A DNA stretch of 64,000 nucleotides from a virus (Duplodnaviria; Caudoviricetes): IMG/VR virus record IMGVR_UViG_3300032083_001406, positions 1,617 through 65,616 of that record; one strand, given 5' to 3'. Under the pieces are notes generated by a model, which searched no databases, was not told the DNA's origin, and saw nothing but the letters and a program-made list of their open reading frames with translations. Numbering within the stretch: the first letter of the stretch is position 1; the number at the start of each line of letters is the position of its first letter. Of the stretch, positions 16,336 to 24,390 are shown piece after piece. The position numbers and the translations under genes were made by a program.

Positions 16336-17574
16336 ATGAATGAATTAATTATAGAAATACCGAAGCCCGACGATTCTAGAGATGTCCTAGTAGCAAAGAT
16401 TTATTCTGATAGTTTTACTATGCCTACAAGAACGATTAAATCAAACAGAGTTAATAATGCTAAAGACCCAATTAATGCGGGAATAACGCAGTTATTTAAT
16501 ACTTCAATTTTTCCTAGAAGGGCTAGGCGTGGTCGCTATAGTTATGACCGCAATTATAATATGTTTGATTTTAATATTCATAACGATTTCAATCTATTTC
16601 TTACCATAGGTTCTTTACCTATTCTTGTTGAGCGTAAAGGTAGTAGAATGTTTCTAAATGGATTAGAACATAGTAAGAAAAGCATTTGTCAAGTATTGGC
16701 TAGAGTTACATATAAATCTATTTTTGATAGTAATACTAGTACTTTATTATCTATTATGCATAAATATCTACAAATACCCGAAAACATTCGACACGTTATG
16801 GAGAATAGATTCCCTTATTATTTTTATGAAAGGTGGGAAAAGACAGAAGTTGTTCTTAATGTAGAACAGATTAGTTCAGATGAATTTGCAATTGAGATTT
16901 CTGATGGTCTTTGGGGTACTATTAATACTAAAGACCTCAATACTATGTGTAATTCTTATATGTTTAACTCTAAAAGAGGTAACTGGCATGATTTAAAACC
17001 TGAGACTCTTTATGAGAGGTTAATCGGTAGAGAACCTTCTGAATCCGAACTTAAAGTAATGAAAGAGTTTCTGAAGCAAAATAGACATGGTGATATTGTT
17101 GAAGTTAGAGCAATGGAATTACTTAAGGAAGTAGAAGTTAAATACTCAAACATCAAGGTAGAATATGATGAAGAAAAACATCCTAAAGTTATGTATGTTC
17201 GTGGTAAAGGTTATGATTGGCAGATTAAACCTACTAGATTTAAAGGCGGTGGAACTCAAGACGTTCAAAGTTTCGTTTGGCAAAAGTTTCCACAACTGGC
17301 ATATAATTCCGCAGGAAAACCAATTCTTGACGAAGAAGGTAAACACATTAAAATAACAGGTGCAGGAGTTTGGTCTGGGCCAATTTGTATTGATAACTTA
17401 CAAAGTGGTTCTTCATTAGGCGACCAATTTGTTGCAAGAGCATTAGCATTCCTTAATGATGTAATTACAGTTGCTAGAGTACATACAATTAAAAGTTACT
17501 TAGTTACTGAACCAGATACTTGTAGAAATAAAGATGTAACAATACTAATAAATGGTGAGAAAAATGAAATGTGA
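16336..17574 (+). CDS. uncharacterised 412 aa protein with C-terminal GPICID motif (possible E2-like Cys carrier)
   Basis: YVRGKGYDW...GPICIDN...GDQFVARALAFLND; by eye resembles the C-terminus of DUF4132-type proteins and the E2 G.ICLD motif. Confidence 0.45.
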   Translation: MNELIIEIPKPDDSRDVLVAKIYSDSFTMPTRTIKSNRVNNAKDPINAGITQLFNTSIFPRRARRGRYSYDRNYNMFDFNIHNDFNLFLTIGSLPILVERKGSRMFLNGLEHSKKSICQVLARVTYKSIFDSNTSTLLSIMHKYLQIPENIRHVMENRFPYYFYERWEKTEVVLNVEQISSDEFAIEISDGLWGTINTKDLNTMCNSYMFNSKRGNWHDLKPETLYERLIGREPSESELKVMKEFLKQNRHGDIVEVRAMELLKEVEVKYSNIKVEYDEEKHPKVMYVRGKGYDWQIKPTRFKGGGTQDVQSFVWQKFPQLAYNSAGKPILDEEGKHIKITGAGVWSGPICIDNLQSGSSLGDQFVARALAFLNDVITVARVHTIKSYLVTEPDTCRNKDVTILINGEKNEM

Positions 17575-18418
17575 TGAATGTGGTTGTAGAGAATTTGCAT
17601 TAAATGAAAGGCTAGGAGAACGAGAATGTTCTGATTGTGGCTTAATCCAAGTCTATGAAGCATTTGAAGAAAGTGTTTCTTTAATTAAAGATGGTAAGTT
17701 GATAAGAAACCCAGATAATAATACATTAGGTTCTATAATAACAGGGAAAGGTTCTTATAAATATACTAGAGGCGGATTGAGTAATACTAGAGATAGTAAT
17801 ATCCAAAAGGCCGTAATTATGGGAAATATGCTTTTAGCCAAGTTAGGTTTCTCTTCTCTAAAAAGAGAGTTTGAAGCCATGTATATTTCTTTGTATAGAA
17901 AACACATATTCAAATCTTCTCAATTAGAGATTAGAGTAAGTGGTATTACATATATTCTTTTAGAAGAAAATGCAACACCAGTTAAGGTTAAAGAAATTTG
18001 TCAAGAATACGATTGTTCTATTAAGTTAGTTAATAGAATGATTAAGGCAATAAGAAAGGTTAGGAAACCAGTAATGCGAGATAATTCCCTCTTTAAGTTT
18101 AAGAGAGAACTTAGTAAAATTACTGATGATTTAGCGTTTCATGCTAAAGCAGTTGAAGTGTATGAATACTTTGAAACTATTATAAGTCAAACTACTTTTA
18201 ATAAAGGTAAGACTTATAATGCTAGTATCTGTTGGATTGCAGTAAATATGTTCAACTGGTTTAGTTTAAACAGAGAAATGATTTCAAACAGTACTGATTT
18301 TAGTACTGTTGCTATTTGGCGGCAAAGTAAATCAATTGTTAATTTAATTGGTTTAGATAATGTCAAGGACATAAAGGGAAAGACCTTTGAACAATTATTA
18401 AATATAAAGGAGAAATAA
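17564..18418 (+). CDS. tfb: transcription initiation factor B (TFB/TFIIB)-like protein
   Basis: Zn ribbon CDECG...GERECSDCGLI followed by two cyclin-like helical repeats. Confidence 0.85.
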   Translation: MKCDECGCREFALNERLGERECSDCGLIQVYEAFEESVSLIKDGKLIRNPDNNTLGSIITGKGSYKYTRGGLSNTRDSNIQKAVIMGNMLLAKLGFSSLKREFEAMYISLYRKHIFKSSQLEIRVSGITYILLEENATPVKVKEICQEYDCSIKLVNRMIKAIRKVRKPVMRDNSLFKFKRELSKITDDLAFHAKAVEVYEYFETIISQTTFNKGKTYNASICWIAVNMFNWFSLNREMISNSTDFSTVAIWRQSKSIVNLIGLDNVKDIKGKTFEQLLNIKEK

Positions 18419-18420
18419 AT

Positions 18421-18582
18421 ATGAGAAAAGATAAAGCAATTAATGACGTACAATGTTTAGAATGCAGAAGTTATTCATTAGTGCATTGGAAACCAACAGA
18501 TACAAATTGTAAATGTATAGAATGTAATAAAGAATATGGAATGGATTTTATTCAGTTTGTTAGAGAAGGTGGATTAGAATGA
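18421..18582 (+). CDS. small Zn-ribbon protein (53 aa)
   Basis: CLECRS...CIECNKEY; AGGAG SD; ATGA overlap with the E1 gene. Confidence 0.6.
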   Translation: MRKDKAINDVQCLECRSYSLVHWKPTDTNCKCIECNKEYGMDFIQFVREGGLE

Positions 18583-19136
18583 GAAAAGTACTAATTATAG
18601 GAGCAGGTGGTATTGGGTCATTTTTGATTCAGAACTTAGATAAAGTCGGAATGTATGATATTACAGTTGCAGACCCCGATAAGGTTGAACAAAAGAATTT
18701 GACATATCAAAACTTTACAAAAGGACACGTTGGACAGAATAAGGCTTTAGTTATGAGAGATAGTTATGAATCTGTCAAACACGCAAATACATTCCCAATT
18801 CTTTCAGAGAAACAAATGCAAGGTTATGACTTGGTTATGTGCTGTGTAGACAACTTGGGAGTAAGACGCACGTTATACAACACAAGTATTAAATGGCTCG
18901 ACCTTAGAGCGCAAGGTAGGAATGCGGCGTTTATTTCATCGTATTCCGACCCAATGCTTTATGATAGTCTATTAGCAGGAGATGATAGAAGTTACAGTTG
19001 TCAAGGTGATTCATGGGATGGAACAAATAAGAATGTTCAATTCATGCAAATTGCTATTGCAGGACTAGGCGCACAATGGGCGCAAAAATTCTTTAATGAA
19101 GAAGAAGTAAAAGATTTCATTATGATAAACATATAA
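18579..19136 (+). CDS. E1-like ThiF/MoeB/UBA activating enzyme
   Basis: IIGAGGIGS, D.DKVEQKNL..Q, GQNKA, CVDNLGVR, WLDLR, candidate catalytic SCQ. Confidence 0.9.
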   Translation: MRKVLIIGAGGIGSFLIQNLDKVGMYDITVADPDKVEQKNLTYQNFTKGHVGQNKALVMRDSYESVKHANTFPILSEKQMQGYDLVMCCVDNLGVRRTLYNTSIKWLDLRAQGRNAAFISSYSDPMLYDSLLAGDDRSYSCQGDSWDGTNKNVQFMQIAIAGLGAQWAQKFFNEEEVKDFIMINI

Positions 19137-19140
19137 GGAG

Positions 19141-19881
19141 ATGAAAAATATGGTAAAAACATGGACAACAGAAGAAAAAGCATTTTTAACAATGCACTTG
19201 AATAAGAAGCCTAAACAAATTGTGAAGAGATTTCACACTAAGTTTGGAGAAGATAGAACATATCAATCTATATACGGTATGGTTAATACCCTAAGAAAGA
19301 ATGTTCTTAAACAACCACTAAAGAAGAATAGTATGAAGGTTACAATTGAGAAACCAGTTAAGACTAGAAAGCCTAGAAAAACAGGCTATTCCTCAAAAAG
19401 ATGGACTAAGAATGAAGATAACTACCTTAGTGAAATATCTTCTTTAGATGAGTTAAAAACAGCATCTAAACAAATGGGCAGGTCTTTAACAGCACTAAAG
19501 AATAGATTCTATGGAAAAGGATATTCATTCAAGAAGAATGAATTGAAGCAACAGTCAAACTCTGTTGATAGAAAGAAATCTAATCTAAAATTAGCGGCCG
19601 ATAAGTTGGCTCAATTACTAGAACAAAAGAAAGAAGATATTAATGTTCTTAGAAATAAGAACTCTTTGTTAGAAGCAAAATGTTTAACTCTAACTCAAGA
19701 GATTGAAAGGATGAATCAATCTTGGGCTAAGAAGTTTGAAGAATATACTATTGAAGTAGACCAGATTACTAGGCAAAAGATTGCAGAAGCAAGAAAGGAA
19801 AGACTCTCATGGAGAGAGCGTCGTAAAATAAAGAAAGCGAGCAAACTACAAAAGAAATTAGATAAACTAAATGGTGAATAA
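19141..19881 (+). CDS. Myb/SANT-like repeat protein with coiled coil
   Basis: WTTEEKAFL...RTYQSI and WTKNEDNYL...GRSLTALKNR. Confidence 0.65.
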   Translation: MKNMVKTWTTEEKAFLTMHLNKKPKQIVKRFHTKFGEDRTYQSIYGMVNTLRKNVLKQPLKKNSMKVTIEKPVKTRKPRKTGYSSKRWTKNEDNYLSEISSLDELKTASKQMGRSLTALKNRFYGKGYSFKKNELKQQSNSVDRKKSNLKLAADKLAQLLEQKKEDINVLRNKNSLLEAKCLTLTQEIERMNQSWAKKFEEYTIEVDQITRQKIAEARKERLSWRERRKIKKASKLQKKLDKLNGE

Positions 19882-19883
19882 AT

Positions 19884-20453
19884 ATGATAACATACGAAGA
19901 AGAAATGAAAAACAGACGAGCCTATGTGAAATTCAGTCTTGAAGATACTTGGGCTAGACGACAACTATGGGAAAATAAAGAAACTAACCTTGAGTCTTTT
20001 GCTCAACAGCCTTTCTTTGATGCTATTTGGGAAATGTCTACTAGAATTCTACCTAATCTTGAAGTACAAGTAGTTATTGATGATAATGACAATTGTTTCG
20101 TATCATCGGGTTCAAGTGGTTTTGTCTCTTTTATGCAAGACCCAGTAGGAATGAAATTACCTATTAAATGTTGGATTCATACTCATCCATTTGGTCGTGC
20201 TTATTTTAGCGGAACTGATTGGAATACTGTCAATATTTGGCAAAAGAATATGAAAGAAGCATATGTACTTGGTGGATATGAACACTTTGGATTTTGGCAG
20301 AATACCGACCCTAATGTTCTAGTTATTCAAGAAAGTAATTTAGGTGAACAACATATTCAACATCAATTTGAAAAAAAATGTTCATGTTGGACTGATTCGG
20401 GAACACCTCCCGTTGAATGGATTTGTGAGAATTGTCAGGAGGAAGAAGAATGA
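19884..20453 (+). CDS. JAB/MPN+ metalloisopeptidase
   Basis: LEVQV...WIHTHPFGRAYFSGTD matches JAMM E...HxH-x7-S-x2-D. Confidence 0.88.
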   Translation: MITYEEEMKNRRAYVKFSLEDTWARRQLWENKETNLESFAQQPFFDAIWEMSTRILPNLEVQVVIDDNDNCFVSSGSSGFVSFMQDPVGMKLPIKCWIHTHPFGRAYFSGTDWNTVNIWQKNMKEAYVLGGYEHFGFWQNTDPNVLVIQESNLGEQHIQHQFEKKCSCWTDSGTPPVEWICENCQEEEE

Positions 20454-20737
20454 ATACTAAACAAAATTTTAGAACAATTAAGAATGGGCATTCTTGGGCA
20501 TATAAACGGCAAGAAATAGCATTCCCAAAAGATGATTTAACTGTTACTGAAAGAACTCAACGCCATAAGTCTAATCATCCTAATGATAAGAACGAAAGAA
20601 AGGTTAAAGGGATAACTTGGTCTAAAAGAACTCAAAGAGATAAGGACTTGGATGAGTTTCATAAGAATCATATTTGGACTTATACGGATAGAACCATGAA
20701 AAAGAAGTGGGTATTTATAGGAAGTGAAGAAGAATGA
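20450..20737 (+). CDS. hypothetical basic protein
   Basis: ATGA-coupled ORF. Confidence 0.65.
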   Translation: MNTKQNFRTIKNGHSWAYKRQEIAFPKDDLTVTERTQRHKSNHPNDKNERKVKGITWSKRTQRDKDLDEFHKNHIWTYTDRTMKKKWVFIGSEEE

Positions 20738-20916
20738 GAACATTAAATATACATACATTAAAAGAAAGTTTGAAAACTAAACCTAGAGAATCTCTGTTAA
20801 GAATAACACTTATTATTCTCGACGAATATGAAAAGGCTCTTGATATGTTAGATGAACTTTATGGTAAGATTGATGAAATGTCCAACATTGTAACTTCATT
20901 GGAGGAAGAAGAATGA
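20734..20916 (+). CDS. hypothetical protein
   Basis: ATGA-coupled ORF. Confidence 0.6.
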   Translation: MRTLNIHTLKESLKTKPRESLLRITLIILDEYEKALDMLDELYGKIDEMSNIVTSLEEEE

Positions 20917-21074
20917 AGTGTTTAATTTGTAAAGAAGTTCGAGGAAATAGAATAGCAGTAATCTCTTGTTCTGGTAAAAGCGTTTGTATGAAATGTCTCC
21001 CAGAAGTAATTGATTCTTTTCTCTATTTAAGAGAATGGTCTAAAGGAATGAAAAAGAAATATAAGGAGGACTAA
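20913..21074 (+). CDS. small zinc-finger protein (53 aa)
   Basis: MKCLIC...SCSGKSVCMKC; ATGA-coupled; below ORF-track cutoff. Confidence 0.6.
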   Translation: MKCLICKEVRGNRIAVISCSGKSVCMKCLPEVIDSFLYLREWSKGMKKKYKED

Positions 21075-21076
21075 CT

Positions 21077-21295
21077 ATGAAAGCAATTGGTAATTATATT
21101 ATTGTGCAACAATATGAAGAACGAGTTAATGGAATACTTGTCAAAGAAAATAATGTAGGTATTGTTGTAGATGGTGCTAATGAGCATGGGTCTTTAGTAG
21201 GAAAGAAAGTAATCTTTTCTACAATGAAACATATTGAAGAATACGGTGAATATAAGTTTATTCATAAGGATTATGTTTTGGCGGTGATTGAATGA
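21077..21295 (+). CDS. groES: GroES-like co-chaperonin
   Basis: MKAIGNYIIV...GILV...GIVV...VGKKVIF...YVLAVIE, directly upstream of groEL. Confidence 0.75.
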   Translation: MKAIGNYIIVQQYEERVNGILVKENNVGIVVDGANEHGSLVGKKVIFSTMKHIEEYGEYKFIHKDYVLAVIE

Positions 21296-22806
21296 TATTA
21301 TTTGGAGATGAAGTAAAAAAGAAATTAATGGAAGGAATAAATCTTGTAGCAGATACAGTTAAACCAACTTTGGGGCCACAGGCTAAAACTGTTATTTTAC
21401 AGGGTAATCCTCCAGTTGTAATTAATGATGGAGTAACTATTACTAAGTACGTTAATAACGATGACCCATTCATTCAGATGGGAATTCAGTTAGTACAGGA
21501 TATTGCTTCAAAGGCTCAAGATACTTCTGGTGATGGAACTACTACTGCTTGCGTTTTAGCACAAGCATTATGTAATAATATTCTAGAACTAGAAGAACTT
21601 TATAATCTACATCAACTTAAGTTAGAACTATTAACTGCTTCAATGAAAGTAACTAGATTCTTAAAAGAAAAGGCTACTGAAATTGATGAAGATAATGTAT
21701 ATGATATTGCTATGATTGCTTCTAACAATGATGCTGATATGGCTTCTATTATTAGTGAAGCAGTAAAGACTGTTGGTAAAGAAGGCATTGTTGCTTTAGA
21801 AGAATCTAAATCTAACAAGACTTATCTTGAAGTAAAGGAAGGTATTGAACTTGATGAAGGATATTTAAGTCATCTTATGGCTAATACTGAAAACGGTGAA
21901 ACAGTATTCGAGAATCCTTTGATATTTATGTCAAATCTTTCTATACGAAACTTTCAAGATATACTTCCAGTATTAGAAATATCTTCTGCACAAAGCAGAC
22001 CTCTTCTAATTATGTGTAAAGGAATGGAAGGTTCAGCATTGAATAATTTAATTGCTAATGTAATGGCAAATACAATTCAATGTGCGGCTATTCTTGCACC
22101 TAACTTTGGTGATGCTCAAATTGATGAATTGGGAGATATTTGTTCTCTAGTTGGTGGTAAAGTATTAACTGCTGAATCTAAGGATGACCCACAGTTAGTT
22201 TCATTAACAGAACTAGGAAGTTGTTCAAAGGTTATGGTGTCGAAAGAGAAAACTATTCTGATTGGCGGAGAAGGTAATACAGACGGTAAAATCGCTCAAC
22301 TGCGTGGAACTATCGAAGAAGCAAAAGGTATGGATAGAGCAAGGCTCAAGCGTCGTTTAGCACGATTAGCAGGTGGAGTCGCCGTTATTCATGTTGGTGC
22401 AGGTTCAACCGTTGAACTTAGAGAAACTAAGGAAAGATTAGATGATGCCCTAAATGCAACTAAATCTGCATTAAAGGGAGGAATTATTATTGGTGGCGGT
22501 AAGTCATTGTATAATGCACGTAAGGCTCTTGACTTAGAAGTAACTGGAGATTATCTAGTTTACAAATCATTAACTGCTCCTTTTATGACATTAGTAAATA
22601 ATGCAGGTTTGGATTTAGAAAGATATACAGTATCAGTAGATGACGAATATGATATGGGAATTGATATGGTTTCTGGTAATGAAGTTAATTTAAGGGAAGC
22701 AGGTATCTTTGACCCATTGTTAGTTACACTAGGCAGTTTCGATGCGGCTATGTCTATTGCTAATCTTTTCCTAACTACTGATGTTGCAGTATTATCGGGT
22801 GAATAA
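21292..22806 (+). CDS. groEL: group I chaperonin GroEL
   Basis: TLGP, NDGVTI, GDGTTT, APNFGD, RLARLAGGVAVIHVGA, DDALNAT. Confidence 0.95.
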   Translation: MILFGDEVKKKLMEGINLVADTVKPTLGPQAKTVILQGNPPVVINDGVTITKYVNNDDPFIQMGIQLVQDIASKAQDTSGDGTTTACVLAQALCNNILELEELYNLHQLKLELLTASMKVTRFLKEKATEIDEDNVYDIAMIASNNDADMASIISEAVKTVGKEGIVALEESKSNKTYLEVKEGIELDEGYLSHLMANTENGETVFENPLIFMSNLSIRNFQDILPVLEISSAQSRPLLIMCKGMEGSALNNLIANVMANTIQCAAILAPNFGDAQIDELGDICSLVGGKVLTAESKDDPQLVSLTELGSCSKVMVSKEKTILIGGEGNTDGKIAQLRGTIEEAKGMDRARLKRRLARLAGGVAVIHVGAGSTVELRETKERLDDALNATKSALKGGIIIGGGKSLYNARKALDLEVTGDYLVYKSLTAPFMTLVNNAGLDLERYTVSVDDEYDMGIDMVSGNEVNLREAGIFDPLLVTLGSFDAAMSIANLFLTTDVAVLSGE

Positions 22807-22927
22807 GTATGGAAGATAGACTAATAAATGTATGTGCTGATGCTATTACACTTCTTCATGTTCTAGGTCATCCTGATATAGCAAACACATTACAAAAGAG
22901 AATTAATAAGATAATGGGGCTGAATCA

Positions 22928-23329
22928 ATGAAGGAAAGAGCAATTACTGTTACATTACCTGCACCACATAAAGCACAAATAAAATGTCCTATTTGTAAAG
23001 GAAACAAATGTATTGTCTGTAATATGACAGGTTCATTAAAGATTGATGTTGCACCAAAGATTCCAATTCAAAGAGCACATATTATTAAATATGTTTTTGA
23101 GAATATGCATTCTGTTGCAAATGAATTAACTCTTAAGTATGGGCTTGTTCCAGAAATAGGAACTAAAGAAGTATTAGAAATTAATGGTGGTCAATTTGAA
23201 ATAGTACAGGTATCATCTTTGGGTGGTTCTTGTTGGATTGTTAATCGACTAGATGAATTAGACACGCCAAGATATTTTACCTCAATAAAAGAATTGAATA
23301 AATTTAAGGAGGGATGGATGCTTGAGTGA
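22928..23329 (+). CDS. zinc-finger protein
   Basis: CPICKG..CIVCNMTG. Confidence 0.7.
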   Translation: MKERAITVTLPAPHKAQIKCPICKGNKCIVCNMTGSLKIDVAPKIPIQRAHIIKYVFENMHSVANELTLKYGLVPEIGTKEVLEINGGQFEIVQVSSLGGSCWIVNRLDELDTPRYFTSIKELNKFKEGWMLE

Positions 23330-23531
23330 TGAATTTGATACAATAGGTAGAATTGTTAGAGATACTAACAATGAAATCTTAGTTAAGAAAGGAACCTACT
23401 GGAATGTAGAAGTCCTAGATATTAGGTGGTTTAGTAATGATAAGCCTAGCCGAAAAGGTATTCGTATGAATATGAAAGAAGCAAAATTACTATATGATTT
23501 TTTAAGGAGAGAGTTTAATGAAGAGAACTAG
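23322..23531 (+). CDS. PC4/Sub1-like ssDNA-binding protein
   Basis: YWNVEVLDIRWF...PSRKGIRM matches the PC4 pattern. Confidence 0.75.
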   Translation: MSDEFDTIGRIVRDTNNEILVKKGTYWNVEVLDIRWFSNDKPSRKGIRMNMKEAKLLYDFLRREFNEEN

Positions 23532-23808
23532 AATAAGTGAAGTACAAGCAAAGAATGCTTTAAGAAAGGCTAATCCCGATAGACAATATTCTTATGGGTC
23601 AGTCCCTAAGTTTATGACTTTCTCTGGTAGATTAGTTGATTTATTTGCTTTTCATGTAGAAAGGAGAATGAAAAAACCTGCGAATAGTGGAAGAGGTTGT
23701 AGAGTTCCACCTGAACATATTGAAATATGTTTTGCAGAATTACAATCAAAGATATATGAACTTATATTACAAACAGAAAAAAACTTATACGGAGATGAAG
23801 AAGAATGA
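23518..23808 (+). CDS. possible histone-fold protein
   Basis: ISEVQAKNALRKANPDRQYS...long helix...GRGCRVPPEHIE. Confidence 0.45.
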   Translation: MKRTRISEVQAKNALRKANPDRQYSYGSVPKFMTFSGRLVDLFAFHVERRMKKPANSGRGCRVPPEHIEICFAELQSKIYELILQTEKNLYGDEEE

Positions 23809-24176
23809 ATTTTAATAAACTATATTTAATAGCAAATGATGATAAGAAGTTTGCCGCATGGTGCAAAGAAAAAAGAAAGAAACTAACTGGAGAATTGCAG
23901 ACTGAATTTTTCAATAACCATGTTCAAGATATAAGATATGGGAATTATTTTGCTAGGGCTACATTTATTTGCTATTGGGAAATACAATTAAGTACATATC
24001 TAACAAGATTAGCACCTGCTATAACTCAAGCAACTCTAATTTCTATTAGAGAAAAGTTAATTATCCAAGATAAAATGGAAGATGCAGAAGTAGTATCTTT
24101 AATGATGACTAACTTTCTAAGACTATTACAGAGGTTAGATGATGAAGAACAGAGGTTAGATGATGAACAAGAATGA
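23805..24176 (+). CDS. hypothetical protein
   Basis: ATGA-coupled ORF; C-terminus contains a 21-nt tandem duplication. Confidence 0.7.
   Translation: MNFNKLYLIANDDKKFAAWCKEKRKKLTGELQTEFFNNHVQDIRYGNYFARATFICYWEIQLSTYLTRLAPAITQATLISIREKLIIQDKMEDAEVVSLMMTNFLRLLQRLDDEEQRLDDEQE
24128..24167 (+). repeat. tandem duplication ACAGAGGTTAGATGATGAA x2 (period 21)
   Basis: exact 19-nt copies at 24128 and 24149. Confidence 0.9.
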
Positions 24177-24390
24177 ATGGCTCTATTTAGCGAATGCTAT
24201 GTGGAAATATGCAGAACAACACAACGGAAAACTAGGTAGCCTACTGAAAGAACTAGTAAAAACAATAAATAAAAACATGGAAGTGATTATAGATGACAAT
24301 GAGACAATTAACGAGAATGATGGAAGCAAGCGAGTTTATGACTCCAACTCAAGCAGTAACATTCCTTTCGAGGGAACTGGTGAATTTTGA
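24160..24390 (+). CDS. hypothetical protein
   Basis: GAGGT SD; 3' part overlaps the ligase start. Confidence 0.5.
   Translation: MMNKNEWLYLANAMWKYAEQHNGKLGSLLKELVKTINKNMEVIIDDNETINENDGSKRVYDSNSSSNIPFEGTGEF

Noticed and set aside
18579-19136. ThiF as a thiamine/molybdopterin biosynthesis auxiliary gene
   Set aside because: No ThiG, MoaE or sulfurtransferase partner in the window; the JAB protease and masked-GG Ubl favour conjugation, though a sulfur-carrier role is not fully excluded.
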